Assembly (NCBI RefSeq): GCF_006345805.1
Contig: NC_042999.1
Span: forward strand, 2,542,001-2,606,000
DNA: 64,000 nucleotides
Direction: 5' to 3'
Source of the DNA: Octopus sinensis
Lineage: Eukaryota
Below the pieces are notes generated by a model that was given only the letters and a program-made list of their open reading frames with translations, did not search any database and was not told where the DNA came from. Below are positions 26,087 through 38,460 of the stretch, piece after piece; the stretch's first letter is position 1; each line of letters begins with the position of its first letter. The translations under genes and the position numbers were made by a program.

Positions 26087-26827
26087 AATAATAATGGTTT
26101 CAATTTTTGGCTCATGGCCAACAAGTTTGGGAGAGGGGGTAAGTCAGTTACATCGACCCTAGTGTGCAACTGTTATTTATTTCATCAACCCATGAAAGAA
26201 TTAAAAGCAAGGCTACCTCCAGCGGAATTTGAACTCAGAATGCAAGGACAGACGAAATAACACAAAACATTTTTCCCAGCATGCTAACAATTCTGCCAGC
26301 TCACTACCAAGGAATGTTATTATAAACCAAGTTATTATCTGCCATAACAAAGTGAACAAAGAAACATTGCTACAACATAAAAGATATCATTGTGTGCAAA
26401 ATGTAACCAAGACGAAAATAACTACGTAAAAAAAAAAAGAAGGATGTTTTTGTTAAAATTCGTAGTTGCATCATCAATTGCAAAGAATAGAGATTAGTTA
26501 ATCTAGAGGGACACAAATTGCTATTGGTTATCAAAAAAGATTAAAGGTACACCGTAACAAACACACAGATTAACTGCATTTTTGATATTATTATTATTAT
26601 GATTGATATCAATATCCTGTGCTGGTTTAATATATTTATCTTGGCTGTTTTAGATGGGAATAAAGATGATTGGATGAATGCTGACCATCACAATAGATCT
26701 ACAAAGATAGTCACAACAACTAAACAATCGCCATGTGTGGAGTAATTCTTTCATCTCCTCTACATCATTCTTTTGTGTAATTATTCATTTTCTTATATGT
26801 GTATGTGTATGTGCATATGACATAATG

Positions 26828-26878
<51 letters not shown>

Positions 26879-27380
26879 TGTATGTATGTATGTATGTATG
26901 TATGTATGTATGTATGTATGTACGTATGTATGTATGTATGTATGTATGTGTGTATATATAGCTTGCTGTTCTGTTAAGGTAAGAACAACTAAAAAGTATT
27001 CCATCTAAGGAGAGATAAATATCATTTAATGTACACAGTATAAAAATATGGGCTACTAATAGTTTCTTGCTGGGGACGTGGGTGTAAGTAGGTTTTTATA
27101 ACACGTCTTGTGATTCTAAGCAATCTTCAGCCTCTGAGCTCATGATCTATTCAATTTGCTGGTACAAGAGAAATCGCAAGAGAAAATGAGTAGAAGGTAG
27201 ATGCAAAAATGGAAAAGATGAATAAAAACGGAAAAAGGAAAAGAAAAAGAGTGAGTGTTAAGTCCCCTTTGACTGTAAATCCATAATTAAGCTAGTTGTT
27301 GTAAAATGATTCTACAGTGAGGGGTCCAAAGTCTACGAGACAGATGCTCAATCTGGAGAGGGTGGTGTCTTCCTGTTCGT

Positions 27381-28500
27381 CAAAAGAAATTTCTCTATAT
27401 ACTCGCATTTGCTGAAAATTTCAGATCTGAAATTCAGTACTGTGGTGGAATTTTAGATCTAAAATATGCAATCTTTCAGCTATGCATAAGTCATATTTCT
27501 TAGATCCAATAACATATGACATGAATTTCTTTACAACTCACCACTTCATTGTATGTAGTGTGCAATCGGCCTTCAAACTCTATACATGGCTAGCCAACTT
27601 AGTGGCTTTATATTTGTGGATGTGCCTGAAAGAAGATAGATGGTTTGCCTGAAGTCCTTTGATATCAACATTGCATAACCAGATGTAATTTTTCTTATTG
27701 ATTAGGTTATCTTGATGTGTTATTGTTACTTCTGCCTCAGACGTGAATGTGTTTATCATACATGCTTGGTCAAATGGGCAAGCTTTGGGGTCTTGACATT
27801 TGGAACTGGGAGCAGACTGTTAGTGATGCTTATCAGTGATAATGTTCCTCATATAGGAGCCGAAGTTACATGATATTTTGATTGAACATTTATTGAAAAA
27901 AATCTTCCTGTATTTGTGGTTTACAGGGAAATGCTTATCTAAAAGAGACAAGAAATTTTTGCATACATTAGTTTTAAAATTCAGGGAGAAGGGGCCAAAC
28001 CATATCATTTTCTTATGTCTATTCTTATACTTCATATTTTTACTTGAATGGTTGTAATATATCTTATCTTTGAAGCTACTATTTCTTTAAAAGAAAGGTT
28101 AGATATCGTAATCACATTTAAACACTATAGGGGGACATGACTGTTTGTGCGTGTAAGAGTGTTTCTCGTCTGGTTTATGGTACAGAGGAAGTTGAGATTT
28201 AGGGAAGGTTTGTAGTCATGGTGATTTTGAGGCCTGAAGGTATCAATGAGCTTTTTCCTAAATTTATCGAGAATGTGACCATCACAACGAAGAGAAATTC
28301 CCAATCCATCATCTTGGTATAGACCAACATCATGAAATAAGAACTTGGATCTGAATGTATTTAATATAAAGAGACCTATAAAATGTTGGCAGTCATATAA
28401 TCTTATTGATACATCGAAGAATTCATCTATATCGGATTTTTTAACCCATACCGAGCCCTTACTAAATAGAAGTGCTTTTCTTGCATGCATGATAAAGTCC
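27381..28500 (-). pseudogene. Degraded Penelope-like element (RT 3' half plus GIY-YIG), LYRDDG type (probably Naiad-like)
   Basis: RKALLFSKGSVWVKK, GLYQDDGLG, IWFGPFSLNFKTNVCKNFLSLLDKHFP, CQDPKACP, SSFRH, DLCIAERLHIL, LNFRSEIFSKC. Confidence 0.85.
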
Positions 28501-28861
28501 AGATCTATGTGGCTTTTATTGGTTTCAAATTTAGCACAAGGCCAGAAACTTCGTGGGAGGAGATAAGTTGATTACATCGACCTCTGTGTTCAGCTGCTAC
28601 TCATTTTATTGACCTCGAAAAGATAAAAAGTAAAGTCAATCTCAGCAGAATTTGAACTCAGAAAGTTAAAGACGGACGAAATGCCGATAAGCATTATGCC
28701 CCGCATGCTAATGATTCAGCCAGCACGTTGCCTTACTATGTGATCTATATTAGTTTCGAATTTTGGCTCAAGGTGAATTATGTGATCTATATTAACGTAT
28801 GCTTTTGCGAACTCTATCACCTTATCAAGTAGCTATCTCGATATTGAGGGATTAAGCTCTC

Positions 28862-28940
28862 CCTTCTTCTTCTTCTTCTTCTTCTCTTCTTCTTCTTCTT
28901 CTTCTTCTTCTTCTTCTTCTTCCTCCTCTTCCTCTTCTTT

Positions 28941-28972
<32 letters not shown>

Positions 28973-29046
28973 TTTTCTTCTTCTTTCTTCTTCTTCTTCC
29001 CCCTTCCTTTTCTTCTTCTTCTTCTTCTTCTTCTTCTTCTTCTTCT
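28862..29046. repeat. (CTT)n/(CCT)n microsatellite
   Basis: Direct reading. Confidence 0.98.
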
Positions 29047-29351
29047 TTTAACTACTTTGTTATTGATACTTTACTCACTCTGTCCATCTTTCCACAATCT
29101 CTCCACATATGATTTGTTTATAGTGATCAAATGTTTGTGTAGACATAAGTTCAATCCCTCCATCAGATTGACATTACCTGCGCAGGTGCAACGGGTGGGT
29201 GCCACATGTCAGACGTCGAAATGATTGCAGAGCAACGTGAAATGAAGTGTTTTGCTCAAGAACACAACACAATGCCCGATCTAGGAATTGACCCCATGAT
29301 CTCACAATTGTGAGTACAACACCTTAGCCACTAAGCCATATATAAAGTATA

Positions 29352-29770
29352 ATCATCATCATCATTTAACGTTCGCTTTCCATGCTAGCATGTGTTGGAC
29401 GGTTCAACCGGAGTCTGGGAAGCCAGGAGGCTGCACCAGGCTCCAGTCTGATCTGGCAGTGTTTCTACAGCTGGATGCCCTTCCTAATGCCAACCACTCT
29501 GAGAGTGTAGTGGGTGCTTTTACGTGCCACCAGCATGGGTGCCAGTAAGGCAATGCTGGTAGCAATCACACTCGAATGGTGTTTTTTATATGCCACTGGC
29601 ATGGATGCCAGATAGCCGTTCTGGCAATGTTCATGCTCGGATGGTGCCCTTAACATCCTACAAGCATGGGGCTCGAGAGCCAGTAGTGTGACGCTGGCAA
29701 TGATCACGCTCGAATGGTGCCTTCTAAGTGTCACTGGCACGGAAGCCAGTTCACTCGAATGGTGCCTTTT
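29352..29770 (-). mobile_element. RTE 3'-UTR fragment with tandem units
   Basis: (ATC)n tail, ggatgcccttcctaatgccaacc, repeated ctcgaatggtgcc units. Confidence 0.85.
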
Positions 29771-29771
29771 A

Positions 29772-29814
<43 letters not shown>

Positions 29815-30921
29815 GTAGAAAATGAAAGAAAAGAGAAATAAAGAAAACTTCCAACAACGCAGAAAGTTTTACAAAAAAAATTTTTTATTTTGGATGCAAA
29901 TGTTTATCTTCAATGGTTACACTCAATAAAATGTGTATTTATATAGATTTCCTTATTTTGAAGTATTTGGCATTTGGATTGGCACTGGCAGCAACTCATC
30001 AACATACAAACTATGGATTTGTTTCAGTTTCTGTCAACAACATTCATGCAGCCATAAAAAAAACCGTCTCATTAAAATTCCTCCCGACTCATGCAGTCAT
30101 GAGAAAAAAGACGTTAAAAAGATGATAATGAAAAAGAACCACCATCATTGTCATTCTCTTTCTCCATTTCACGACTCTCCCTGTGGTGGTCAGTCATCCT
30201 CATTATCTTCGTTAGCCATCATTGCCATCATCATTTACCCTATCCACGTTGATGTCATTAAACCATCACCATCATACCGATTGCTTTTGCTATCACATCG
30301 TAGCTATAGTACTGTTTTCCAACATTATTGGTTTATTTGTTCCTATTCACAATTCTCTCGGCCACTCAGTACCTTTCTTGTTTGAACAGAAAAAAACAGA
30401 ATGGACCAAATTGCGTGCAGTGCCATTGAATGTAACTTTCAGGTTATCATGTTCCACAGAATGGAATGTGTATTCTTCAAAGAATCCTCTCATTAAGCTT
30501 TCACAGAGAATTGTGCCATTACAGAAAAGACTGGAAGCATGTTTTATGGAGCCTGTATGTCTTTGGTTCAGTGCTAATAAGATTTGATTAACAGTACAGA
30601 TGTTATGTCTTTAGATTTCAAATATTATATTTAAACTTCTCACCTTAAATTACCAGATTTTAATTTTAGTTTTTGCTTTAATTTATTTTATTTATTTCTT
30701 ACTTTTTGTGTCAAATTTGATGAAATGTTGATTCTTTCCAGAGGTTTTGTGTTTTCTGGTGTGTAACCGAAATTCAAAAGACAAATACAAAATTACTTTG
30801 AACTAATCTAGACAAAACGTCTAACACAAGCCAATGACAGGATTTTTTCATAAGCCTCTTACTATGCTAGAAACAACAACCAAATAAATCATGCAGGAAG
30901 TGTAAAGACAAGTTTTAGAAT

Positions 30922-31173
30922 ACATTATTTATATTGGACGGATATTTATCCTCATCCTGTTTGTTGTTTACACAATGTTTCAGTTGATGTACTCTTCAGG
31001 CTTCATCAGGTGTCTTGGGGAAATTTCCAACCTGGATTCCCATTCCTAAGATATTTTCCAGATGTTGTTATTATTATTCAGGTCACTATGCCATATGCCC
31101 CTGGGCATATGACATAGTGGTTAAGAGCGTGGGCTACTAACCCCAAGATTCCAAATTTAATTCCAGGCAGTAA

Positions 31174-31237
<64 letters not shown>

Positions 31238-31414
31238 AACATCGAAAAATACCTTAGGAACAAGAACCTAGGTTTGAAATTTCCCCAAGACACCTGATGA
31301 AGGCTGGAGGGTATATCAGATGAAATGTTGTGTTAACAACAAACAAGATGAGGACAAATATCCATCAAATGTAAATAATGTACATAATTCCTCATCTCTC
31401 AAATATAGAACTGT
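30922..31414. mobile_element. Palindromic element: tRNA-like head + (AAT)n + hammerhead-bearing body, with an inverted partial copy and a 12-bp TSD
   Basis: Arms 30922-31100 and 31103-31381. Hammerhead motif at 31289-31334. Flanks aagttttagaat (30910-30921) and aagttttataat (31415-31426). Confidence 0.75.
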
Positions 31415-31822
31415 AAGTTTTATAATGCTTTTCTGGGTGAACTATTAAGAAGATGGGATATAATGCTTGAATAATTGCTATTTAAAATCAGAACTGATCA
31501 GGTGTTAAATAACCCTAACCACAGTTACACTCATAAGTGTGGGGACAAAATTTGTTTAAGGGGACCACACTCCACTTGAAACTTTTTTACAAACTCAAAT
31601 GTTTTAGTCTTAATATCGAAATGAACACAGGTATAGTAATCTGTTCAACTATTGGCACAAGGCCTGGAATTTTGAGGCAAGTGGTTAGCCAATAACAGCA
31701 ATCCCAGTTCTTGACTGGTATTTATTTCATCAAGCCCGAAAGGATGAAAGGCAAAGTTGACATCAGCAGAATTTGAAATCAAAACTTAAGGATGGATGAA
31801 ATGCCACTAAGTGTTTGTATAT

Positions 31823-32235
31823 ATGGCGCAGGAGTGGTTGTGTGGCAAGTAGCTTGCTTTCCAACCACATGGTTCCGGGTTCAGTCCCACTGTGTGGCAC
31901 CTTGGGCAAGTGTCTTCTGCTATAGCCCCGGGCCAACCAATGCCTTGTGAGTGGATTTGGTAGACGGAAACTGAAATAAGCCTGTCGTATATATGTATAT
32001 ATATATATAAGTGTGTGTGTATATGTTTGTGTGTCTGTGTTTGTCCCCCTAGCATTGCTTGACAACCGATGCTGGTGTGTTTACGTCCCTGTCACTTAGC
32101 GGTTCGGCAAAAGAGACCGATAGAATAAGTACTGGGCTTACAAAGAATAAGTCCCGGGGACGATTTGCTCGACTAAAGGCGGTGCTCCAGCATGGCTGCA
32201 GTCAAATGACTGAAACAAATAAAAGAGTAAAAGAG
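31823..32235 (+). mobile_element. SINE family A, young full-length copy nested in a SINE B
   Basis: CpG-retaining, highly similar to 2442-2853. SINE B sequence lies on both sides. Confidence 0.9.
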
Positions 32236-32807
32236 CATGCTAGCACTTCTTCCAGTCCACCACCTAAGGGCAGTATTTTCGGCATTGGGGATTAGTGGAT
32301 TACATTGATCTCAGTGCTCGACTGGCACTTATTTTATCGACCTACAAAAGATAAAAGATTAATTCAACCTTGGCTGAATTTGAACTCAAAACATAAAGAA
32401 TGTCACTAAGCATTTTGCCCATCGTGCAAACGATTCTGCCAGCTCACCACCTTAATTGTTAAATCTAATATTGACGAACAATTTCTTGCCAGAAATACAG
32501 AAAACTATTTGACAGGCACAACATTACATTAAGTTACTGTTAAACACGCTTTATATAAAGGACTCTGTATTCTATACAAGCCACAAAAAGAACTGGGGCT
32601 AGCTGCTCATGTAAAAACATCAGCGAATGTCTGTTAAATACATTTTATAATGCGGAAGCCATTATACATGAAGCTGAGATTGCCTTTACTAAATCAAATA
32701 CCATTTGGTAGATAAATGCAATTATAGGCTTGACCGAAGGGAAGAATGTAAATATGAATGTGCCTGTTTGTATGTGTGTATGAAGACCATCATAAAAGCA
32801 AACATTG

Positions 32808-32858
<51 letters not shown>

Positions 32859-33001
32859 TAGATTGATAAATTGATAGATAGATATATAGATAGATAGAGA
32901 GATAGATAGATAGATAGATTAGATAGATAGATAGGCAGAAACACAGACAGATAGATATATAGATAGGTAGATAGACAGACAGACAGATAGATAGATTGAT
33001 T

Positions 33002-33055
<54 letters not shown>

Positions 33056-33088
33056 TAGATAAACAGAAACACAGATAGATTGATAGAC

Positions 33089-33139
<51 letters not shown>

Positions 33140-33170
33140 AACACAGACAGACAGACATACAGATAGATAG
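32808..33170. repeat. (GATA)n/(GACA)n microsatellite
   Basis: Direct reading. Confidence 0.98.
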
Positions 33171-34520
33171 TAATGGGGAGCTATGTTGTCTTTGGATCAC
33201 AGGGACTAAGGAGATAATTATTTTATGTAAAAATTGATATTTGTTTACGTAAATTCCCAATACGCTAAACTGTAAACATTCGATATTCGATACGCACACA
33301 AATTTTCGTCATTCGTTTGCATAAATCATAAAAAAATTCTCATTTTTACGCTGCTGCGAAATTAATAACAATTTTTATGGCTACAAACATGTGTTACATG
33401 AGCAAAGAAAGATGAACATAAAAACTTGTTAAATAAACCTTTACACACGGTGAAACCAACTTTATATTCTTCAGTAACCGCTCGAATATATATTCATTTC
33501 CAAACAAATATGACAGCGCTAATACGAAATAACCACAAGTAAACTTTCCACACTGGTCGCAAGAAAAATAAACAATTTTATGGATCGTTCGTATGAGTTT
33601 GCACAAATTTTTCACCCAATCCATACAACGTCTTTGTAATTCTTACGTTCAAATTGCTCTAGAGAGCAGCAATGTTTCTGGGACGTTAACATTTTTTTTT
33701 ATTGCCTTCTGTGTTCGTATTTAGTGCATATACGTCTTGAAAAAGCAAATTAACTGTGGGCACTTGTCCGGAGATAATATTTCTTGTAGACCTACTTTGG
33801 TTGAAAAAAAAACAAACAAATATATCAACAGCAGATGAAAATCGTTCAGCAGTTACGATAAGAATACTAGATGTGCATTTCTGCATCTTTGCACTTCATC
33901 AGTACCGTGTATACATTGGTAACTACATGTTAAGATGAAATCTGTAATCACTGATATAGAAAAAGAATGAAGCAGTGACTAACAAATCACTGATGCTGCA
34001 ATTAGCTGCCTGGCTGAATAACAACTCTGTATGTGCAGCAAAAGTAGTATTAGATTAAAATAGTGATCTGAGTACCATACTTAATGCAGATACATCTCGA
34101 GAAGGAAATTAACTGCGGTATATGTCAATAGTTAATATTTCTTATGAATCTATTGTATATAAAACACAAATATGCCAGTAGTTGCTGGACCTTTTTCGTC
34201 TACAACTGATATATTTACGTCCGTCTTTACGTTCTATGTTCAAATTCCACCAAGATCGACTTTGCTTTTCATCCTTCCGATGATAATAACATAAGTACCA
34301 GTTGAGCACTGGGCTCAATGTTATCAACTTACCCTCTCCCCTGAGCTTGCTGATTTTGTGCCAAAATTTGAAACCAATACTGACCAAATCTGACCAGTTA
34401 TATACAATAGCTAGCAATATACTGCTCAACAATATATAGAAATATAACTAATCCATTACTCATATTGAGTAAGCTTTTCTTTAATCTATGGACAACTAAC
34501 ATGATATATGTGTGTGTGTT

Positions 34521-34693
34521 TCTGAAGTGTGGAGAGAGGAAACAGTGTTTTTTTTGCTTTTATGTATATATATATATATATATATGTACATTTTTTAAAA
34601 TTACTACGTTTGGTGAAAAATAATTATTTGCTTGATTATAATCAAGCAACAACATTTTAATTGAGATCAGATAAAAATCGAAAACAGAAAGCT
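34521..34693 (+). repeat. ~170-bp direct repeat, copy 1 (copy 2 at 39113-39279), containing a perfect 22-bp palindrome
   Basis: ttgcttgattataatcaagcaa at 34628-34649 and 39214-39235. Confidence 0.9.
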
Positions 34694-34896
34694 GACTTAA
34701 ATAGAAAAAATGTGAAATGAAGTATTTTGCTCAAGAACACAACACATTGCCCGGTTCAAGAATCGAAGCCATATGTTTACAATTATGAGTCAATCTTCCT
34801 AGCCACTAAGTCACATGCCTCGACCAAGTTTACTGGTAACACGAGAAATGTACTTAATGTAAGGTTAGGATCATGACTTGTGCCAATACTATTTTT

Positions 34897-36403
34897 TAAG
34901 GTGGCAAGCTGATAGAATCGTTAGCACGCCAGGTGAAATGCTTAGTGGTATTTTGTCTGCCGTTACGTTCTGAGTTCAAATTCCGCCAAGGTCGACTTTG
35001 CCTTTCATCCTTTCAGGGTTTATTAAATAAGTATCAGTTACACACTGGGGTCGATGTAATCGACTTAATCCGTGTGTCTGTCCTTGTTTGTCCTCTCTGT
35101 GTTTAGCCCCTTGTGGGTAGTAAAGAAATAGGTATTTCGTCTGCCATTATGTTCAGAGATCAAATTCCGCTGAGGTTGACTTTGCCTTTCATCCCTTTCA
35201 GGGTTTATTAAATAAGTATCAGTTACACACTGGGGTCGATGTAATCGACTTAATCCGTGTGTCTGTCCTTGTTTGTCCTCTCTGTGTTTAGCCCCTTGTG
35301 GGTAGTAAAGAAATAGGTATTTCGTCTGCCATTATGTTCAGAGATCAAATTCCGCTGAGGTTGACTTTGCCTTTCATCCCTTTCAGGGTTTATTAAATAA
35401 GTATCAGTTACACACTGGGGTCGATGTAATCGACTTAATCCGTGTGTCTGTCCTTGTTTGTCCTCTCTGTGTTAGCCCCTTGTGGGTAGTAAAGAAATAG
35501 GTATTTCGTCTGCCATTATGTTCAGAGATCAAATTCCGCTGAGGTTGACTTTGCCTTTCATCCCTTTCAGGGTTTATTAAATAAGTATCAGTTACACACT
35601 GGGGTCGATGTAATCGACTTAATCCGTGTGTCTGTCCTTGTTTGTCCTCTCTGTGTTAGCCCCTGTGGGTAGTAAGAAATAGGTATTTCGTCTGCCATTA
35701 TGTTCAGAGATCAAATTCCGCTGAGGTTGACTTTGCCTTTCATCCCTTTCAGGGTTTATTAAATAAGTATCAGTTACACACTGGGGTCGATGTAATCGAC
35801 TTAATCCGTGTGTCTGTCCTTGTTTGTCCTCTCTGTGTTTAGCCCCTTGTGGGTAGTAAAGAAATAGGTATTCGTCTGCCATTATGTTCAGAGATCAAAT
35901 TCCGCTGAGGTGACTTTGCCTTCATCCCTTTCAGGGTTATTAAATAAGTATCAGTTACACACTGGGGTCGAGTAATCGACTTAATCCGTGTGTCTGTCCT
36001 TGTTTGTCCTCTCTGTGTTTAGCCCCTTGTGGGTAGTAAAGAAATAGGTATTTCGTCTGCCATTATGTTCAGAGATCAATTCCGCTGAGGTTGACTTTGC
36101 CTTTCATCCCTTTCAGGGTTTATTAAATAAGTATCAGTTACACACTGGGGTCGATGTAATCGACTTAATCCGTGTGTCTGTCCTTGTTTGTCCTCTCTGT
36201 GTTTAGCCCCTTGTGGGTAGTAAAGAAATAGGTATTTCGTCTGCCATTATGTTCAGAGATCAAATTCCGCTGAGGTCGACTTTGCCTTTCATCCGTTTCA
36301 GGGTTGATTAAATAAGTACCAGTTATGCACTGGGGTCAATGTAATCAACTTAATCCCTTTGTTTGTCCCCTCTGTGTCTAGCCCCCCGTGGGCAATAAAG
36401 AAA
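34897..36403 (+). repeat. SINE B tandem array 1: one head plus eight ~184-bp units
   Basis: Units start at ~34947, 35131, 35316, 35500, 35682, 35867, 36047 and 36231. Confidence 0.95.
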
Positions 36404-36692
36404 TGGATATTATTTTTTAAAACAAAAAACAAAAACAAAAGAAAAAAACCATTACAACTATGCTGAAAGTACCAAATATAGGAAGTATTTATCCTTTATA
36501 AGGAGTTGTAAGCGTAAAGCAACATGCAGCGTGCAGTGAGATGAAACAACATCTTCTGTAATTAACAGTTGTATGAACGACCTAGGTTTAAGAGCGTTGT
36601 CACATAAATATTCATTATCTTGCAGTACAGCAAACAAGAAGGTGCAATGGTGCTACAAATGATTTAAAACTAACAGCAGGAGATGATAAATT

Positions 36693-36763
36693 CGTTATTA
36701 TTATTGTTGCTGTTGTTATTATTATTATTATTATTATTGTTATTGTTATTATTATTATTATTA

Positions 36764-36856
<93 letters not shown>

Positions 36857-36918
36857 TTAGTATTAGTATTTTTATTATTATTATTATTATTAGTTGTATT
36901 ATTATTATTATTAGTAGT

Positions 36919-36954
<36 letters not shown>

Positions 36955-36962
36955 ATTATTAG

Positions 36963-36997
<35 letters not shown>

Positions 36998-37088
36998 ATA
37001 TTATTATCATTATTATTATTATTAGTATTATTATTAGTATTGTTATTATTATTAGTATCATCATCATCATCATCATTATTATTATTAA
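36693..37088. repeat. (ATT)n/(AGT)n microsatellite
   Basis: Direct reading. Confidence 0.98.
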
Positions 37089-37316
37089 GTAAGCATTGTT
37101 ATATTTATTCAAAAAGGAAAACACTTTGTCATTGAAAATCAAATGATGTAGAGATAATATGTTTCGTTTTATTACTCTCGGATCGTTTCTCCATACTCTT
37201 CCTGCTATTGTTCCTGAAGAGGAAATTTTCCCTTTATTTTTCACCCTAAACTAAGAATAAAGGCTCAAAGACACTTATGTATAACTGTTATTGTATTTAT
37301 TATTAACTGTAGTATT

Positions 37317-38460
37317 TAAGGAGGTGAGCTGGCAGAATCGTTAGCACACCGGATGTAATGTTTAACGGTATTTCTCCTGTCTCTATGTTCTGAGTTCAAA
37401 TTCCGCCGAGGTCGACTTTGCCTTTCATCCTTTCAGGGTCGATTAAATAAGTACCGGTTACACACTGGGGTCGATATAATCAACTTAATCCGTTTGTCTG
37501 TCCTTGTTTGTCCTCTCTGTGCTTAGCCCCTTGTGGGTAATAAAGAAATAGGTATTTCACCTGCCACTATGTTCTGTGTTCAAATTCCGCCGAGGTCGAC
37601 TTTGCCTTTCATCCTTTCAGGGTCAATTAAATAAGTACCATTTACACACTGGGGTCGATATAATCGACTTAATCCGTTTGTCTGTCCTTGTTTGTCCTCT
37701 CTGTGCTTAGCCCCTTGTGAGTAATAAAGAAATAGGTATTTTGCCTGTCGCTATGTTCTGAGTTCAAATTCCGCTGAGGTCGACTTTGCCTTTCATCCTT
37801 TCAGGGTCGATTAAATAAGTACCATTTACACACTGGGGTCGATATAATCGACTTAATCCATTTGTCTGTCCTTGTTTGTCCTCTCTGTGCTTAGCCCCTT
37901 GTGGGTAATAAAGAAATAGGTATTTTGCCTGTCGCTATGTTCTGAGTTCAAATTCCGCTGAGGTCAGCTTTGCCTTTCATCCTTTCAGGGTCGATTAAAT
38001 AAGTACCATTTACACACTGGGGTCGATATAATCGACTTAATCCGTTTGTCTGTCCTTGTTTGTCCTCTCTGTGCTTAGCCCCTTGTGGGTAATAAAGAAA
38101 TAGGTATTTTGCCTGTCGCTATGTTCTGAGTTCAAATTCCGCCGAGGTCGACTTTGCCTTTCATCCTTTCAGGGTCGATAAATTAAGTACCAGTTACACA
38201 CTGGGGTTGATATAATCGACTTAATCCATTTGTCTGTCCTTGTTTGTCCTCTCTGTGTTTAGCCCCTTGTGGGTAGTAAAGAAATAGGTATTTCGCCTGC
38301 CACTATGTTCTGAGTTCAAATTCCGCTGAGGTCAGCTTTGCCTTTCATCCTTTCAGGGTCAATAAATTGAGTACCAGTAAAACACTGGGGTTGATGTAAT
38401 CGGCTTGTCCCCTCCCCCAAAATTTCAGTCCTTGTGCCTATAGTAGACAGGATTAATGTG
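37317..38460 (+). repeat. SINE B tandem array 2: one head plus six units, last unit with the alternative tail
   Basis: Units start at ~37369, 37551, 37735, 37919, 38103 and 38287; period 184 bp. Confidence 0.95.

Noticed and set aside
26654-26741. Exon with a GTPase G4-like GNKDD
   Set aside because: The surrounding residues do not fit a G-domain and the donor is weak. The same holds for linking WDIA at 9830 to a Rab G3 motif.
31103-31176. Functional tRNA gene (also the SINE heads elsewhere)
   Set aside because: The B box and cloverleaf are decayed, and it is embedded in a repeat.
33394-33624. C2H2 zinc finger from CDQCGK
   Set aside because: No HxxxH at the right spacing and no linker.
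34897-38460. CRISPR-like array
   Set aside because: Units are contiguous 184-bp SINE bodies with no unique spacers, there are no cas genes, and the context is eukaryotic.
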